From assembly GCA_014584395.1 (NCBI GenBank), contig JACTMY010000006.1, forward strand, positions 59,800 through 123,799: DNA of 64,000 bases, in the 5' to 3' direction. This DNA is from Planctomycetota bacterium. GTDB taxonomy: Bacteria; Planctomycetota; Planctomycetia; Gemmatales; HRBIN36. Shown one piece after another: positions 25,756 to 35,020 of this stretch (position 1 is its first letter; each line of letters opens with the position of its first letter). A program made the translations under genes and the position numbers. The notes beneath the pieces are model-generated. The model was not told the DNA's origin and did not search any database. It worked only from the letters and a program-made list of their open reading frames with translations.

Positions 25756-25971
25756 GGATCCGTCTATCGGAGCGCGTGCCGCAGAGAAACATTAGCTTGC
25801 CCCCTGGCTCAAGCCGCATCCCTTGCGAAGGCATGCGGCGGGCGGCCACCCAAGGAGTCCGGGATTCGCGGCACGATACCAGCGAAGCCCCCATGCATGA
25901 TAATCGGGAGAATGTTCCGCCTCAATCAAATATTCAAAGACAGGGTGATGAGGCCGCGGATTTCACCTCGA

Positions 25972-26832
25972 CTAGGACGAAGGCAGAGGTTTGCTTGTTG
26001 ACCTTAGGATTCGCCCGGGATCCCGCAACGTTGGCTTGTCCCATTCTCCATAGAGCGGATTGGGGAACACGATCCAGTCCTGCCCCCAATGAGCACCATG
26101 CCGCTGCACGAGCCGGGCTCGCTCCTCGATGGCTTTCTGTTTCTCTTCCATGGGAGCTTGATCAATCCCCTTGGGAAAGGCATAGGCATCATCAAAATCA
26201 CGCAAATTATCGCCCAAATAGAGCAATACCTGAAACATCTGCTCGGCTCTGCGGCAGCGTTCCGATTTGTCGCTGGCGCCTTCGTGCAAAAGCAATTGAC
26301 GATCCGCGTCCTCGATGGGCAAGCCAAGCCTTTGGAGAGTGGCCAGGGTTGACGCTCGGTTTTTATTGGATCGATTGGAGATGTACACCATTCTCACGTC
26401 CAAGCGCGCCGCTTCCTGAGCAAATGCCAGCGCTCCAGGCACGAGCCGCACGTCGTCGCCGCATTCGGCTTCGAAGAATTCCCATATCTTGGGCTGGAAA
26501 ATCAGCTTTTGCTGCATCATGGCGGCGTTGAAGGCAGAGTTGTCGAAAATGGTTTCATCCAAATCGGTCACCACGGCCCAGGGTTTGCCGTCCATCGGTG
26601 TGTGCGTCTGTCGCTTTTCTTTGAGCCGAAAGAGCGCCAATTGGAACGCTTGCAAACAGCAAGCGTGATACTCGGCCGACATTTGCATATACAAAAGTGC
26701 GTTCAGCTCCCGATGGCTGTCGACCTGATGATGGGAATTAGAAGATAAAGGGCCATGACCCCATAGGCCAAAGCTGACAGCCGCGATCACCAGCAGGATC
26801 GTTTTCCAACTCGTACGCGATGGACCCGACAT
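25972..26832 (-). CDS. Class C acid phosphatase / 5'-nucleotidase lipoprotein e(P4) family (HAD, DDDD type)
   Basis: It has a signal/anchor (ILLVIAAVSFGLW). The bipartite class C motifs are present: VVTDLDETIFDNSAF and LLYLGDNLRDFDD. Confidence 0.75.
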   Translation of the reverse strand: MSGPSRTSWKTILLVIAAVSFGLWGHGPLSSNSHHQVDSHRELNALLYMQMSAEYHACCLQAFQLALFRLKEKRQTHTPMDGKPWAVVTDLDETIFDNSAFNAAMMQQKLIFQPKIWEFFEAECGDDVRLVPGALAFAQEAARLDVRMVYISNRSNKNRASTLATLQRLGLPIEDADRQLLLHEGASDKSERCRRAEQMFQVLLYLGDNLRDFDDAYAFPKGIDQAPMEEKQKAIEERARLVQRHGAHWGQDWIVFPNPLYGEWDKPTLRDPGRILRSTSKPLPSS

Positions 26833-26919
26833 GCTTGTCTTCTCCGAGAGGGGATGGGGATGAATCGAACAGGAGTTAAATTGCGTTCAAGGTAATGAAG
26901 TTGATCAATCGCTTTCCAA

Positions 26920-27936
26920 TCAACCTTCCATGAAGTGGGGATCGAAGCCATGACGTGCAGGCTCGAAATCCATGCGGCGAACAAACGCGGCTGCTTCCTG
27001 CGCCAAGAAGTCCCGATCCATTTCTGGATCTTCCGCTTTCACGATCCAGGGACCTTCATACCCTGTTCGATGCAAGGCGCGAACGAGCGATGACCAATCC
27101 ACCGAGCCATGCCCCGGCGCCCGGCAGGAACGACCGCGCCGCGGGTCCCCAGCCGTGAGACGCGAACCCAGGATCCCGGTTCGACCGTTAAGATTCAGGG
27201 CCGCATCTTGCCAATAAATCATGAAGATGCGGTCGGGGAAAGCCTGGATGAATTCGACCGGATCGACTCCTTGCCAATGAAGCTGCCCAGGGTCCACGGC
27301 AAAGCCAATGGTTTCACTACCCTGGAACAGATTCAGCATCGCTTCCGCGGAATACAGATCGAAGGCCATTTGACCTGGCTGCACCTCGAAAGCCAGGCGC
27401 AGGTTCAATGCTTGGAATTCCTGCACGATGGGCAGCCAGCGTTCCACCCATTCTTGACATTTCGTCGTCCACCATGCTCTTGGCACGGGCGGGTAGTCAA
27501 ACAGGGCTTGCCCATGGGGTGAGCCGCCACAAGTCGCAACCAGGTTCACGCCCAAGCTATGCGCCACGCGAGCCGTCGCCGCCAGCTCCTCGCTGGCACG
27601 GTCGCGCACGCCATGAGCCTGACCGTCTCCCCAAACGTAATCCGGTAATCCCGCCTGATGCCTTTCATCGGCATCCTCGCCGACAACCTGGCCCACCATG
27701 CGATTGCATATCGCTGCCAGGCGAATTTCATGTTTCTCCAACAGCGACACCAAACGCTGCGGATAGTCTGGCTCGCTCAAGGCCCTTTGAATGGCCAGAT
27801 GCTCTCCCTGGCAATCCAGTTCGATCGCCGCATAGCCCCATTCAGCCGCTTTTTGGACAAACGCTTCGAGTCCGCGGTCCGTCCACGAGCGGCTGCTCAA
27901 TCCAATCAGGCGTGGCATATCCCTTTCCTCCGCCAA
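26920..27936 (-). CDS. Sugar phosphate isomerase/epimerase (xylose isomerase-like TIM barrel)
   Basis: 338 aa with AP endonuclease 2/Xyl-isomerase-like barrel features (GYAAIELDCQ..., LRLAFEVQPGQ). The start may instead be the second Met at 27918. Confidence 0.65.
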   Translation of the reverse strand: MAEERDMPRLIGLSSRSWTDRGLEAFVQKAAEWGYAAIELDCQGEHLAIQRALSEPDYPQRLVSLLEKHEIRLAAICNRMVGQVVGEDADERHQAGLPDYVWGDGQAHGVRDRASEELAATARVAHSLGVNLVATCGGSPHGQALFDYPPVPRAWWTTKCQEWVERWLPIVQEFQALNLRLAFEVQPGQMAFDLYSAEAMLNLFQGSETIGFAVDPGQLHWQGVDPVEFIQAFPDRIFMIYWQDAALNLNGRTGILGSRLTAGDPRRGRSCRAPGHGSVDWSSLVRALHRTGYEGPWIVKAEDPEMDRDFLAQEAAAFVRRMDFEPARHGFDPHFMEG

Positions 27937-28002
27937 TGGAAAACAGGGAGCGGTGGATGCCGCTCCCTGATGAGTTCACGTCATGCAAGTCCGGTTTGGC
28001 CG

Positions 28003-29379
28003 TCAGTTGCCGGGCGGCGAGCTGGGCGGCGCGCCGCCTTCTCCCGGCGTTCCACCCCCAGAGACCGGCGGTTCATTGCCTCCGGAGCCGCCGGCTGGGG
28101 CAGGTGCATTCCCTCCCGAGATGGGCAAGGTGTTGGGCTCCTGGCTCATGGGCGAGGAAAATGGCACCATCACGTCTTCATCCTCTAGATAAACTTCATC
28201 CAGGTCCGTGTCGTCCACCAACTTGCGCATGAGGAAGTAAACGACCGTGCCCGCCGACCAGAAGAAGCTGTAGGCGAAGCCAAGCACGAACAAGAAGATG
28301 ATGTGCAGCCAGATGGCCACGATGCCTGCGGCGAACTTTTGGAACCATTCGGGCTTCAGGTCCTTGTGATCGCCGCCGAGCAGCGTGCACCACTCATAGG
28401 ACGTGGGGGCGTAGATGAACAGCGTGCTCAACGGGTCGCCGCGCCAGCCATGCCAGGGAATCAACTCCACGCCCCACTTGGCGAGATAGACCATGAAGGA
28501 CGTCATGAAGACCATGAAAAAGACGGCGATGAAGCCGTACAGGATCGCCAGGAAGGCGTAGAGCAGATACTGCCAAGGTCGCTGATAGACGTAAGCATAG
28601 CAGCGGCTCAAGGCGTCGAAGCTATCCGTGCCCTCGGCGCTGACTGTGGCATACATCAAAGGCCAGCCGATGTAGCCGATGACCAACAGAGCGATGATCA
28701 AGCCGGCAATGAGGGGGAGAAACCAGAGAATGGCGACGAGCCAATCGCCCACCAGGGGAATGTGCAGCAACAGGCCGCCCAACACCATCAAAATGCCCAG
28801 CCCGGCGATGCCGAGCAGCGGTATCAGGGGCGCGGTGAAAAACGACCAGAATTTTTGGCGGGCGAAGCGAATGCCGTCGGACATGGAGAGTTTTTCGCGG
28901 CGGGCCACCTGCACGGCGGCAATGCGCGTGATCGCTCCGCCAAAGATGGACCACACCGCCAAGGAATAAAACAAGCCGAACAGGGCATACCACCACTTGC
29001 CCTCGCGCGGGGAAGAGCGAATGACGTCGATGACCGGACCAAAGAATTTCTGGAAGGGTTCGACCTGAGCGGGAGGCTGCTGCCCCTCGCCGCCAAACCA
29101 GAACGTCCCGGAGAACAGATGGCCTTCGCTAGGATGGGTGACCACGATGAAGGGGTTTTTGCCGCGATTGACGTAGCCCGGCCAGGTGCTGTAGGCGCTG
29201 TCGCTTTGACCAAAGACCAACCCTAAAATCCACCAGCCCAGCCAAAGGACCACGACGGCGGCCGTGGCCAAGATCAACTTGGAAGGGTCCAAGGCGATTT
29301 GAAAGGCGCGAAAGACCTCGGTCCATGGCCGTCGTGTTGGACTGGTCGACTCTCGCATTTCCCCACGTTCATCAGACAT
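28003..29379 (-). CDS. Polytopic membrane protein with acidic then Gly/Pro-rich C-terminal tail (hypothetical)
   Basis: ATG at 29379 is preceded by AAGGAG. At least seven hydrophobic helices are visible. The C-terminus reads DDTDLDEVYLEDEDV...GGNAPAPAGGSGGNEPPVSGGGTPGEGGAPPSSPPGN. I recognised no family. Confidence 0.6.
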   Translation of the reverse strand: MSDERGEMRESTSPTRRPWTEVFRAFQIALDPSKLILATAAVVVLWLGWWILGLVFGQSDSAYSTWPGYVNRGKNPFIVVTHPSEGHLFSGTFWFGGEGQQPPAQVEPFQKFFGPVIDVIRSSPREGKWWYALFGLFYSLAVWSIFGGAITRIAAVQVARREKLSMSDGIRFARQKFWSFFTAPLIPLLGIAGLGILMVLGGLLLHIPLVGDWLVAILWFLPLIAGLIIALLVIGYIGWPLMYATVSAEGTDSFDALSRCYAYVYQRPWQYLLYAFLAILYGFIAVFFMVFMTSFMVYLAKWGVELIPWHGWRGDPLSTLFIYAPTSYEWCTLLGGDHKDLKPEWFQKFAAGIVAIWLHIIFLFVLGFAYSFFWSAGTVVYFLMRKLVDDTDLDEVYLEDEDVMVPFSSPMSQEPNTLPISGGNAPAPAGGSGGNEPPVSGGGTPGEGGAPPSSPPGN

Positions 29380-29795
29380 TCCCGACTCCTTGATGAGGCT
29401 TCTAGGCGCGTCGAGCACCCTCAAGAAATGGTTCGCAAAGTTGGTCGTATTATAGTTGCCTCCCCTGCTCTTTCAATCAAGACGAAGGCAAGTCGACGGA
29501 AATTCACCCTGCCGGGTCGGCCCCTGGTTCCGGCCCTGTCGCAAAAATCTTCATCAGGAAACCGGTAAAGCACTTAGGGCGACTTGACAAGCTTGCCAGA
29601 GTTTACTACTCAAGTAGGTGAAATCGACGCGGCTGTACTTGGAGTGCGGCTCGAAAAGAATGGATGACCCCTGGCTCTGATCCGGCAACGCGGCTCGAAT
29701 GACGCGGAATGGCTCCCATGGGATGCGACTCGGCCAGCTTTGCGAAACCGGAGCTTTTCGTCAGGATTCAAGTGATTTGATTTAAGGAATCCCTT

Positions 29796-30218
29796 ATGCT
29801 CCTACGGAAAACCATTCAAGAGTTGCAGGACCTGCTCGCCTGCTTGTCGCCCAGCACCGCCGGGGAGACGCTTTCTCGAGAGCGCCTGAGCGAGCCTCGG
29901 GCTGGTCGTCGCAAAAAAGAGGGCGATAACAACGAAGATGACATCGAAGACGAGGATGAGGACGACGACGAAGAGGATGAGGATGATGATTTAGAGGAAG
30001 ATGAAGAGTTCGAAGACGATCTCGAGGATGATGACCTCGATGATTTAGATGATGATGATTTCGACGACGATGACTTCGACGACTTGGACGATGACGACCT
30101 CGATGAGGACCTCGAAGACGATTTTGAAGATGAATTCGAGGACGACGATGATTTAGAGGATGACGAAGAGGAAGAAGAAGAGGAAGAGGAAGAGGAGAAT
30201 TTTGACGACGAAGAATAA
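29796..30218 (+). CDS. Poly-acidic (Asp/Glu-rich) low-complexity protein, 140 aa
   Basis: ATG with AAGGAA upstream. The first 45 aa or so are ordinary sequence. From there to the C-terminus almost every residue is D or E, with only L/F/I/N spacers (e.g. DDLDDLDDDDFDDDDFDDLDDDDLDEDLEDDFEDEFEDDDD, and a run of 14 E). A strong intrinsic terminator follows. Confidence 0.65.
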   Translation: MLLRKTIQELQDLLACLSPSTAGETLSRERLSEPRAGRRKKEGDNNEDDIEDEDEDDDEEDEDDDLEEDEEFEDDLEDDDLDDLDDDDFDDDDFDDLDDDDLDEDLEDDFEDEFEDDDDLEDDEEEEEEEEEEENFDDEE

Positions 30219-30256
30219 TGCTGTTCGAAATGGCTTTAGGACGATTTGGCATCCCA

Positions 30257-30290
30257 GGGGTTGTGATGAATTTCACAACCCTTATATTTT
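30257..30290 (+). terminator. Rho-independent terminator of the acidic-protein gene
   Basis: GGGGTTGTGA-tgaatt-TCACAACCC stem-loop followed by TTATATTTT. Confidence 0.7.
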
Positions 30291-30489
30291 CCCTCAATTA
30301 AAGCCACCTTGAGAAATGAGGATTGCATCGATAGATGGGATTACGGAGAAATAAGACGCCGCCCGCAGGAATGGAATTCCTTGAAGCGGCAAGAGTAAGG
30401 GGTATAATTGCGTTATCTTTCGTAATCGTGCAGGTTTCGCGCGGTGTCATACCTATCCATTCCGCCATCATTTGCCGAGGTGAGCAGTC

Positions 30490-30954
30490 ATGGCCGGCAA
30501 AGGCAATTTGCAAGACCCGTCATGTGCTTCGTCTACCACTCCCTATCCGGGTGCTGCGTTCATGGACATGAACCAAATCGACTTTGAAATCGAATTCTAT
30601 CAGGGCATTCTGAAGCGCCACCCGGAATACGTTGACGCCCTGCGGATCCTGGGCAATAACCTCACCATCAAAGGACGGTTCGCGGACGGGTTGGCGATCG
30701 ATCTGCGCCTGGTTCAGCTCCGCCCGCGTGATTTCCTGGCCCACTACAACCTGGCGTGCAGCTTTTCCTTATTGAGGCAAACCGAGCCAGCCTTGGCTGC
30801 TTTGCGGCGGGCGATTGAATTGGGGTATCGCGATTATCGCTATCTCAGCCAGGACCGCGACCTGGAAAACATCCGCCACGACCCCCGCTACCGCCAATTG
30901 CTGCTCGAATTCGAATTGCCGCTCTTGCGCAAAACCAAACATCGCCAAGCCTAG
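30490..30954 (+). CDS. TPR-repeat protein
   Basis: TPR-like helices are visible (YQGILKRHPEYVDALRILGNNL; AHYNLACSFSLLRQTEPALAALRRAIELGY). The start may instead be the Met at 30562. Confidence 0.6.
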   Translation: MAGKGNLQDPSCASSTTPYPGAAFMDMNQIDFEIEFYQGILKRHPEYVDALRILGNNLTIKGRFADGLAIDLRLVQLRPRDFLAHYNLACSFSLLRQTEPALAALRRAIELGYRDYRYLSQDRDLENIRHDPRYRQLLLEFELPLLRKTKHRQA

Positions 30955-30996
30955 TTCCACCCTTCCGATCCAACTCGCAGAAAGGAACGGGTTTCC

Positions 30997-32004
30997 ATGG
31001 GTTCCGCTGCCGATTCGCCGCCCCTGTTTGCATCCCCCGCCAGCCAGCCGATCCGAGAACATTTTCGCGGCAAAAATCGCTCGCTCACGGATAAAGTGAT
31101 GAGCGTGGCCGACGCCGTGCGGCAATGGGTGCGGGATGGGGATTATGTGTGCATCGGCGGGTTCGGCGTCAACCGACTCCCCACGGCCGTGTGCCATGAG
31201 ATCCTTCGTCAGGGCAAACAAGGACTGTCCTTTGCCGGGCATACCGCCACCCATGATTTTCAAATTCTCTGCGCGGGCAATCTCCTCGGGCGCGGGCAGA
31301 CCCTCAAGCGCGTCGACGCGGCTTACATCGTCGGCCTCGAGGCGCGCGGGCTGTCGCCGCACGCTCGCCGGGTGATGGAAAGCGGCACGGTGGAATGCGT
31401 CGAATGGACCAATTATGCCTTGGCCGTGCGCTTCAAGGCCGCCGCCATGGGCGTGCCCTTCCTGCCCTCGCACACCATGCTGGGAACGGATACACAACAA
31501 CAAAGCGCCGCCAAGGAAATCACCTGTCCGTTCACCCGCGAGCGTTTGATGGCCATTCCCGCCCTTTATCCCGACGTGGCCGCCATTCACGTTCACGAAG
31601 CGGATCGTTTTGGCAACGGCCGCATTCGCGGGGTCAACGTCGCCGACAGCGATTTAGCGCGTGCCGCCAAGCGTTTGATCATGACGTGCGAGCGGCTGGT
31701 TCCGACCGAGGAATTTCGCCGCGACCCCACGAGCACGACCATTCCCTTTTTCTGCGTCGACGCCGTCTGCGAAGTCCCCTACGGCAGTTATCCAGGCAAC
31801 ATGGCCTATGAATACTTCTCCGACGAGGAGCATTTGCGCACCTGGCTGCGCGTCGAGGAAAACCTCGATGAATTCAAGCGCTTCATCGATGAGATGATCT
31901 ACCAGACCAAGGATTTCACGGAGTATCTGCACCGCTGCGGCGGCTTCGCTCGGCTGCCCAAGCTGCGCCGGCAAGAGTTGATGATCGATTCGCCTTCCTC
32001 TTGA
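30997..32004 (+). CDS. CoA-transferase subunit A (glutaconate/3-oxoacid CoA-transferase family)
   Basis: DKVMSVADAVRQWVRDGDYVCIGGFGVNRLPTAVCHEILRQG matches the GctA/AtoD-type N-terminus. A 30-aa N-terminal extension makes the start uncertain. Confidence 0.8.
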   Translation: MGSAADSPPLFASPASQPIREHFRGKNRSLTDKVMSVADAVRQWVRDGDYVCIGGFGVNRLPTAVCHEILRQGKQGLSFAGHTATHDFQILCAGNLLGRGQTLKRVDAAYIVGLEARGLSPHARRVMESGTVECVEWTNYALAVRFKAAAMGVPFLPSHTMLGTDTQQQSAAKEITCPFTRERLMAIPALYPDVAAIHVHEADRFGNGRIRGVNVADSDLARAAKRLIMTCERLVPTEEFRRDPTSTTIPFFCVDAVCEVPYGSYPGNMAYEYFSDEEHLRTWLRVEENLDEFKRFIDEMIYQTKDFTEYLHRCGGFARLPKLRRQELMIDSPSS

Positions 32005-32786
32005 CGAGATCGCTCATGACCTACAACAAAATGGAATTGATGATCATCTGCGCCTCGCGGCTGCTTGAAAATGGCCGACTCGTGACCGTCGGGACAGGGG
32101 CGCCGTGCGCCGCCACGATGCTGGCCCAGAAACTGCATGCCCCGGACCTGGTCATGTTCTTCGAGGCCGGCGGCGTCGCTCCCCAACTCCCCACGATGCC
32201 CATCAGCGTCGGCGACTCCCGCACCTACTATCGCGGTCTCATGGCCACCTCCATGTGCGACATCATGGAAACGTGCCAGCGCGGCCTCATGGATTATGCT
32301 TTTCTCGGCGGCGCGCAGATCGATCCGCATGGCAACTTGAATTCCACGATCATTGGCACCGACTATCATCGCCCCAAGGTTCGGCTGCCCGGCAGCGGGG
32401 GAGCGTGCGATCTGGCGTCCTTCTGTTGGCGCGTGATCACGCTGATGAATCACGATCCGCGCCGCTTCGTGCCCAAGCTCGATTTCCTCACCACGCCGGG
32501 GTATCTCTCCGGACCGGGAGCCAGGGAAGCCGCCGGATTGCCCTCCGGCACGGGACCGTACCGCGTGGTCACCGATTTGGCCATCTTGGGGTATCACGAA
32601 GAGACCAAACGCATGGAAGTCGTGAGTCTGCATCCAGGGGTCGCCCTGGAACAGGTGCGCCAGCAAACGGGTTTTCCCCTGGGCGTGCGGGAACCTTTGG
32701 AACAAACCCCCGCCCCAACGGATCAAGAACTGCATCTGCTCCGCACCGAGGTCGACCCCCATCGCTATCTGATCGGTCGAGCCTAG
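32001..32786 (+). CDS. CoA-transferase subunit B
   Basis: It overlaps subunit A by 4 nt. EAGGV... and GSGGACD motifs typical of the beta subunit are present. Confidence 0.8.
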   Translation: MTRSLMTYNKMELMIICASRLLENGRLVTVGTGAPCAATMLAQKLHAPDLVMFFEAGGVAPQLPTMPISVGDSRTYYRGLMATSMCDIMETCQRGLMDYAFLGGAQIDPHGNLNSTIIGTDYHRPKVRLPGSGGACDLASFCWRVITLMNHDPRRFVPKLDFLTTPGYLSGPGAREAAGLPSGTGPYRVVTDLAILGYHEETKRMEVVSLHPGVALEQVRQQTGFPLGVREPLEQTPAPTDQELHLLRTEVDPHRYLIGRA

Positions 32787-32818
32787 CGTGACCGCGGCCT
32801 CCGAACTGGCCGAGTCCA

Positions 32819-33370
32819 TCACAGCCGTTCGAACTTGGCGGCGAATTCCCGGAAGATGTCCTCGGGATGGAAGTTAAAAATCGTCTTCTCCGAGGGATGC
32901 CACTGGCCTCCCTCGAAGGTGAACAGCACCGTGGCATTCTTGGCCAAATCCACGGCGGGCAGACCCTCCATGTCGCTGTCAGGGATGACATCGAATTGGA
33001 TGTCGCAGCCCATCAGCATGACGTACTGCCCCGAACGCCGCTCGCGCCCCAAGTGGGCCTCGGTTTGCCAATCGATCTGCTGCCAGCGCAGGCCGCGCGG
33101 CTTGCCCGATGCTGCCGCTTGCGCTTGAAAGCGCTGCTGCAGGGCTGGTTGCTGTTCGGCAAAGAGCGCATGGAGCTTTTCCTTGCGCCACCGGGCCAGG
33201 GGTAAGCGCAACATTCCCCCCAGGATGGCCAGGCCCATCAGCAGCAGGATGATCCAAACCCAAACAGTCCAGGATGGCCAGGCCCAAGGCATCATGTCAT
33301 TGATTGACCTTCGTGACACAAACACAAATGGATGGTCTTGCGGCTTTCTCGTCGCTTCCCTTTTCGCCAA
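32819..33370 (-). CDS. Hypothetical single-pass membrane protein
   Basis: 183-aa ORF with one Trp-rich TM segment (WAWPSWTVWVWIILLLMGLAILGG). I recognised no family. Confidence 0.45.
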   Translation of the reverse strand: MAKREATRKPQDHPFVFVSRRSINDMMPWAWPSWTVWVWIILLLMGLAILGGMLRLPLARWRKEKLHALFAEQQPALQQRFQAQAAASGKPRGLRWQQIDWQTEAHLGRERRSGQYVMLMGCDIQFDVIPDSDMEGLPAVDLAKNATVLFTFEGGQWHPSEKTIFNFHPEDIFREFAAKFERL

Positions 33371-33436
33371 GGATTATATTAGGAACGAATACAGCCAATT
33401 TTGGCAAGAAATGTCATCGCTCGAGGGTTGCCTTTC

Positions 33437-34108
33437 ATGATGAACGATCCCGTCCCTGCCGATCGTTTCCCCACGCTCGATGAAGCCGTGGCGACGCTGA
33501 TCGACTGGGGTCGGCTCTTTTACGATCGGAGGTGGTGCGAAGCGGGCAGCGGCAGCTTCAGCATGGTCTTGGGTAGAGACCCCTTGCGGATGGTGATGAC
33601 GGCGCCCCAAAGCGACAAGCGCCGCCTGACCGAACGGGATTTGATCGTCATCGATGCACAGGGGCAGATCGAGGGCTCGCCGCCGGCGCCGCCGAGCGGG
33701 GAAGCGCCGCTGCACGGCGTCATCGCGGAGTTTCTGCCCGCCGTTCGCGTGATTGTGCACACGCAATCCCAAGCCGCGACCTTGATCTCAGAACCCAACT
33801 ATCCACAGAACAACCTGGTGCTCGAAGGCTACGAAATGCTCAAGGGGTTGAGCGGCGTGACGAATCCGACGACCAAGGTTTATCTCAAGATTTACGACAA
33901 CACCCAGCAGATCGGCGAGCTGACCCGCCGGCTTCGGCTCGTCTTTCCTGAAGCCACTCCCGCCATGAAATATGGCTTCCTGCTCAAGCGGCACGGTCTG
34001 TTTACCTGGGGCAAGGATGGCGAGGAAGCACGCCGGCACCTGGAGACGCTGGAATATCTCTTCGAATTGATGCTTCGGCGATCGCTGATCTTTCCCGACC
34101 GTTTGTAG
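33437..34108 (+). CDS. Methylthioribulose-1-phosphate dehydratase-like class II aldolase/adducin family protein (diverged metal site)
   Basis: It is collinear with MtnB: GSGSFS (vs GTSGN.S), PSGEAPLH, VIVHTQSQAATLIS (vs AVLHTHS..AT), LVLEGYEMLKGLSGV, IYDNTQ and LLKRHGLFTWG. ATG at 33437 was chosen; the track starts at TTG 33401. Confidence 0.65.
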   Translation: MMNDPVPADRFPTLDEAVATLIDWGRLFYDRRWCEAGSGSFSMVLGRDPLRMVMTAPQSDKRRLTERDLIVIDAQGQIEGSPPAPPSGEAPLHGVIAEFLPAVRVIVHTQSQAATLISEPNYPQNNLVLEGYEMLKGLSGVTNPTTKVYLKIYDNTQQIGELTRRLRLVFPEATPAMKYGFLLKRHGLFTWGKDGEEARRHLETLEYLFELMLRRSLIFPDRL

Positions 34109-34245
34109 ACGGCATCCCCTTGATCGTCTGGTTCCGAGCTCCAACAGGATCGCTGCTGCGGGATGCAAGACGTGAACCATGCTTGAACGTTTTCCCTTTC
34201 CCGCATAAACTCCCATCTACCCATGGAGCCGTGGTTCGACGTCTG

Positions 34246-34986
34246 ATGAAAAGTGACAGCCTCATGCAAACGTCCGACGCTTATTTGCTTCTCAAGCTCT
34301 CCGGCACCCTGCTGCGTCCGGATTACATCGAAAGCGTGCTTTATCCCCATGCGCGCTTGCAAATGTACATGTTCTTGCGGCGGGCGTGGTGCCATCCCCA
34401 GGTCCAAGAAGCGCGTGAACGCTTCGCCAAAAGCGAAGGTGCCGACAGTTTCGCGGAGTGGCTGGGAGGGCCAGGCTTGCCGCCGGAGTATGCTTATGAG
34501 CGGTTCCGCGAAGTCATCACTCGCATGTTGGTGCAAAAGGTGCACACCGAGCCGCTGGCCATCTTGTTGCAGCTTCTCTGGGAAGAACAACTGCGCGCCA
34601 ATGCCATTGAAGGGGTGGTGCTCCCCAATGCGGTTCGAGCGCTGCAACAGTGGAACGAAAAACACAAACGCTTCGCTTTTTATTCACCCGAGAACGCCGT
34701 CCTGGAAAAGTTGATCGTTCAATTCAACGAGATGGAAAACATCGGCCAGCTTGCCAGCCACCACTTTGGCTCGGAACTCGGCTCCGCCTGTGACGCCGCC
34801 ACGTACCGCCGCATGGCGGAACATTTGAAGATCCCCCCTGGCCAGTTGCTTTACGTGGCCACCGATGCAGATTGCCTGTTCCATGCCAAGGAAGCGGGAT
34901 GCAAGACGGTTTGTCTCGCCGCCAAGGACGCTCCTCCTGGCCAGAACGGCCTGGCTACCATCCATGATCTCATGGACATCGCCTAG
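34246..34986 (+). CDS. Enolase-phosphatase E1 (MtnC)-like HAD-fold protein lacking the HAD nucleophile motif
   Basis: It aligns end to end with E1/ENOPH1: LLLKLSGTLLRPDYIESVLYPHA vs ILLDIEGTTTPI.FV.D.LFPY, FYSPEN vs IYSSGS and YVATD vs FLTD. The DxE nucleophile motif and the motif III Lys are replaced. Confidence 0.55.
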   Translation: MKSDSLMQTSDAYLLLKLSGTLLRPDYIESVLYPHARLQMYMFLRRAWCHPQVQEARERFAKSEGADSFAEWLGGPGLPPEYAYERFREVITRMLVQKVHTEPLAILLQLLWEEQLRANAIEGVVLPNAVRALQQWNEKHKRFAFYSPENAVLEKLIVQFNEMENIGQLASHHFGSELGSACDAATYRRMAEHLKIPPGQLLYVATDADCLFHAKEAGCKTVCLAAKDAPPGQNGLATIHDLMDIA

Positions 34987-35020
34987 GCCGTGAGGTCGAA
35001 GCAAACGCACAAAGTCCAAA

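Noticed and set aside
29930-30200. Highly repetitive GAT/GAC/GAA/GAG DNA, considered as a tandem repeat or CRISPR-like array.
   Set aside because: There is no repeat-spacer architecture and no fixed unit length. The periodicity is the 3-nt codon periodicity of a poly-acidic ORF.
29794-30297. 167-aa minus-strand ORF, extremely basic (Arg/His/Pro/Leu repeats), overlapping the acidic-protein gene.
   Set aside because: It is the complement of GAT/GAA/GAG codons. The plus-strand gene has an SD and a plus-oriented intrinsic terminator, and the minus ORF has neither. A genuine basic antisense partner cannot be fully excluded without expression data.
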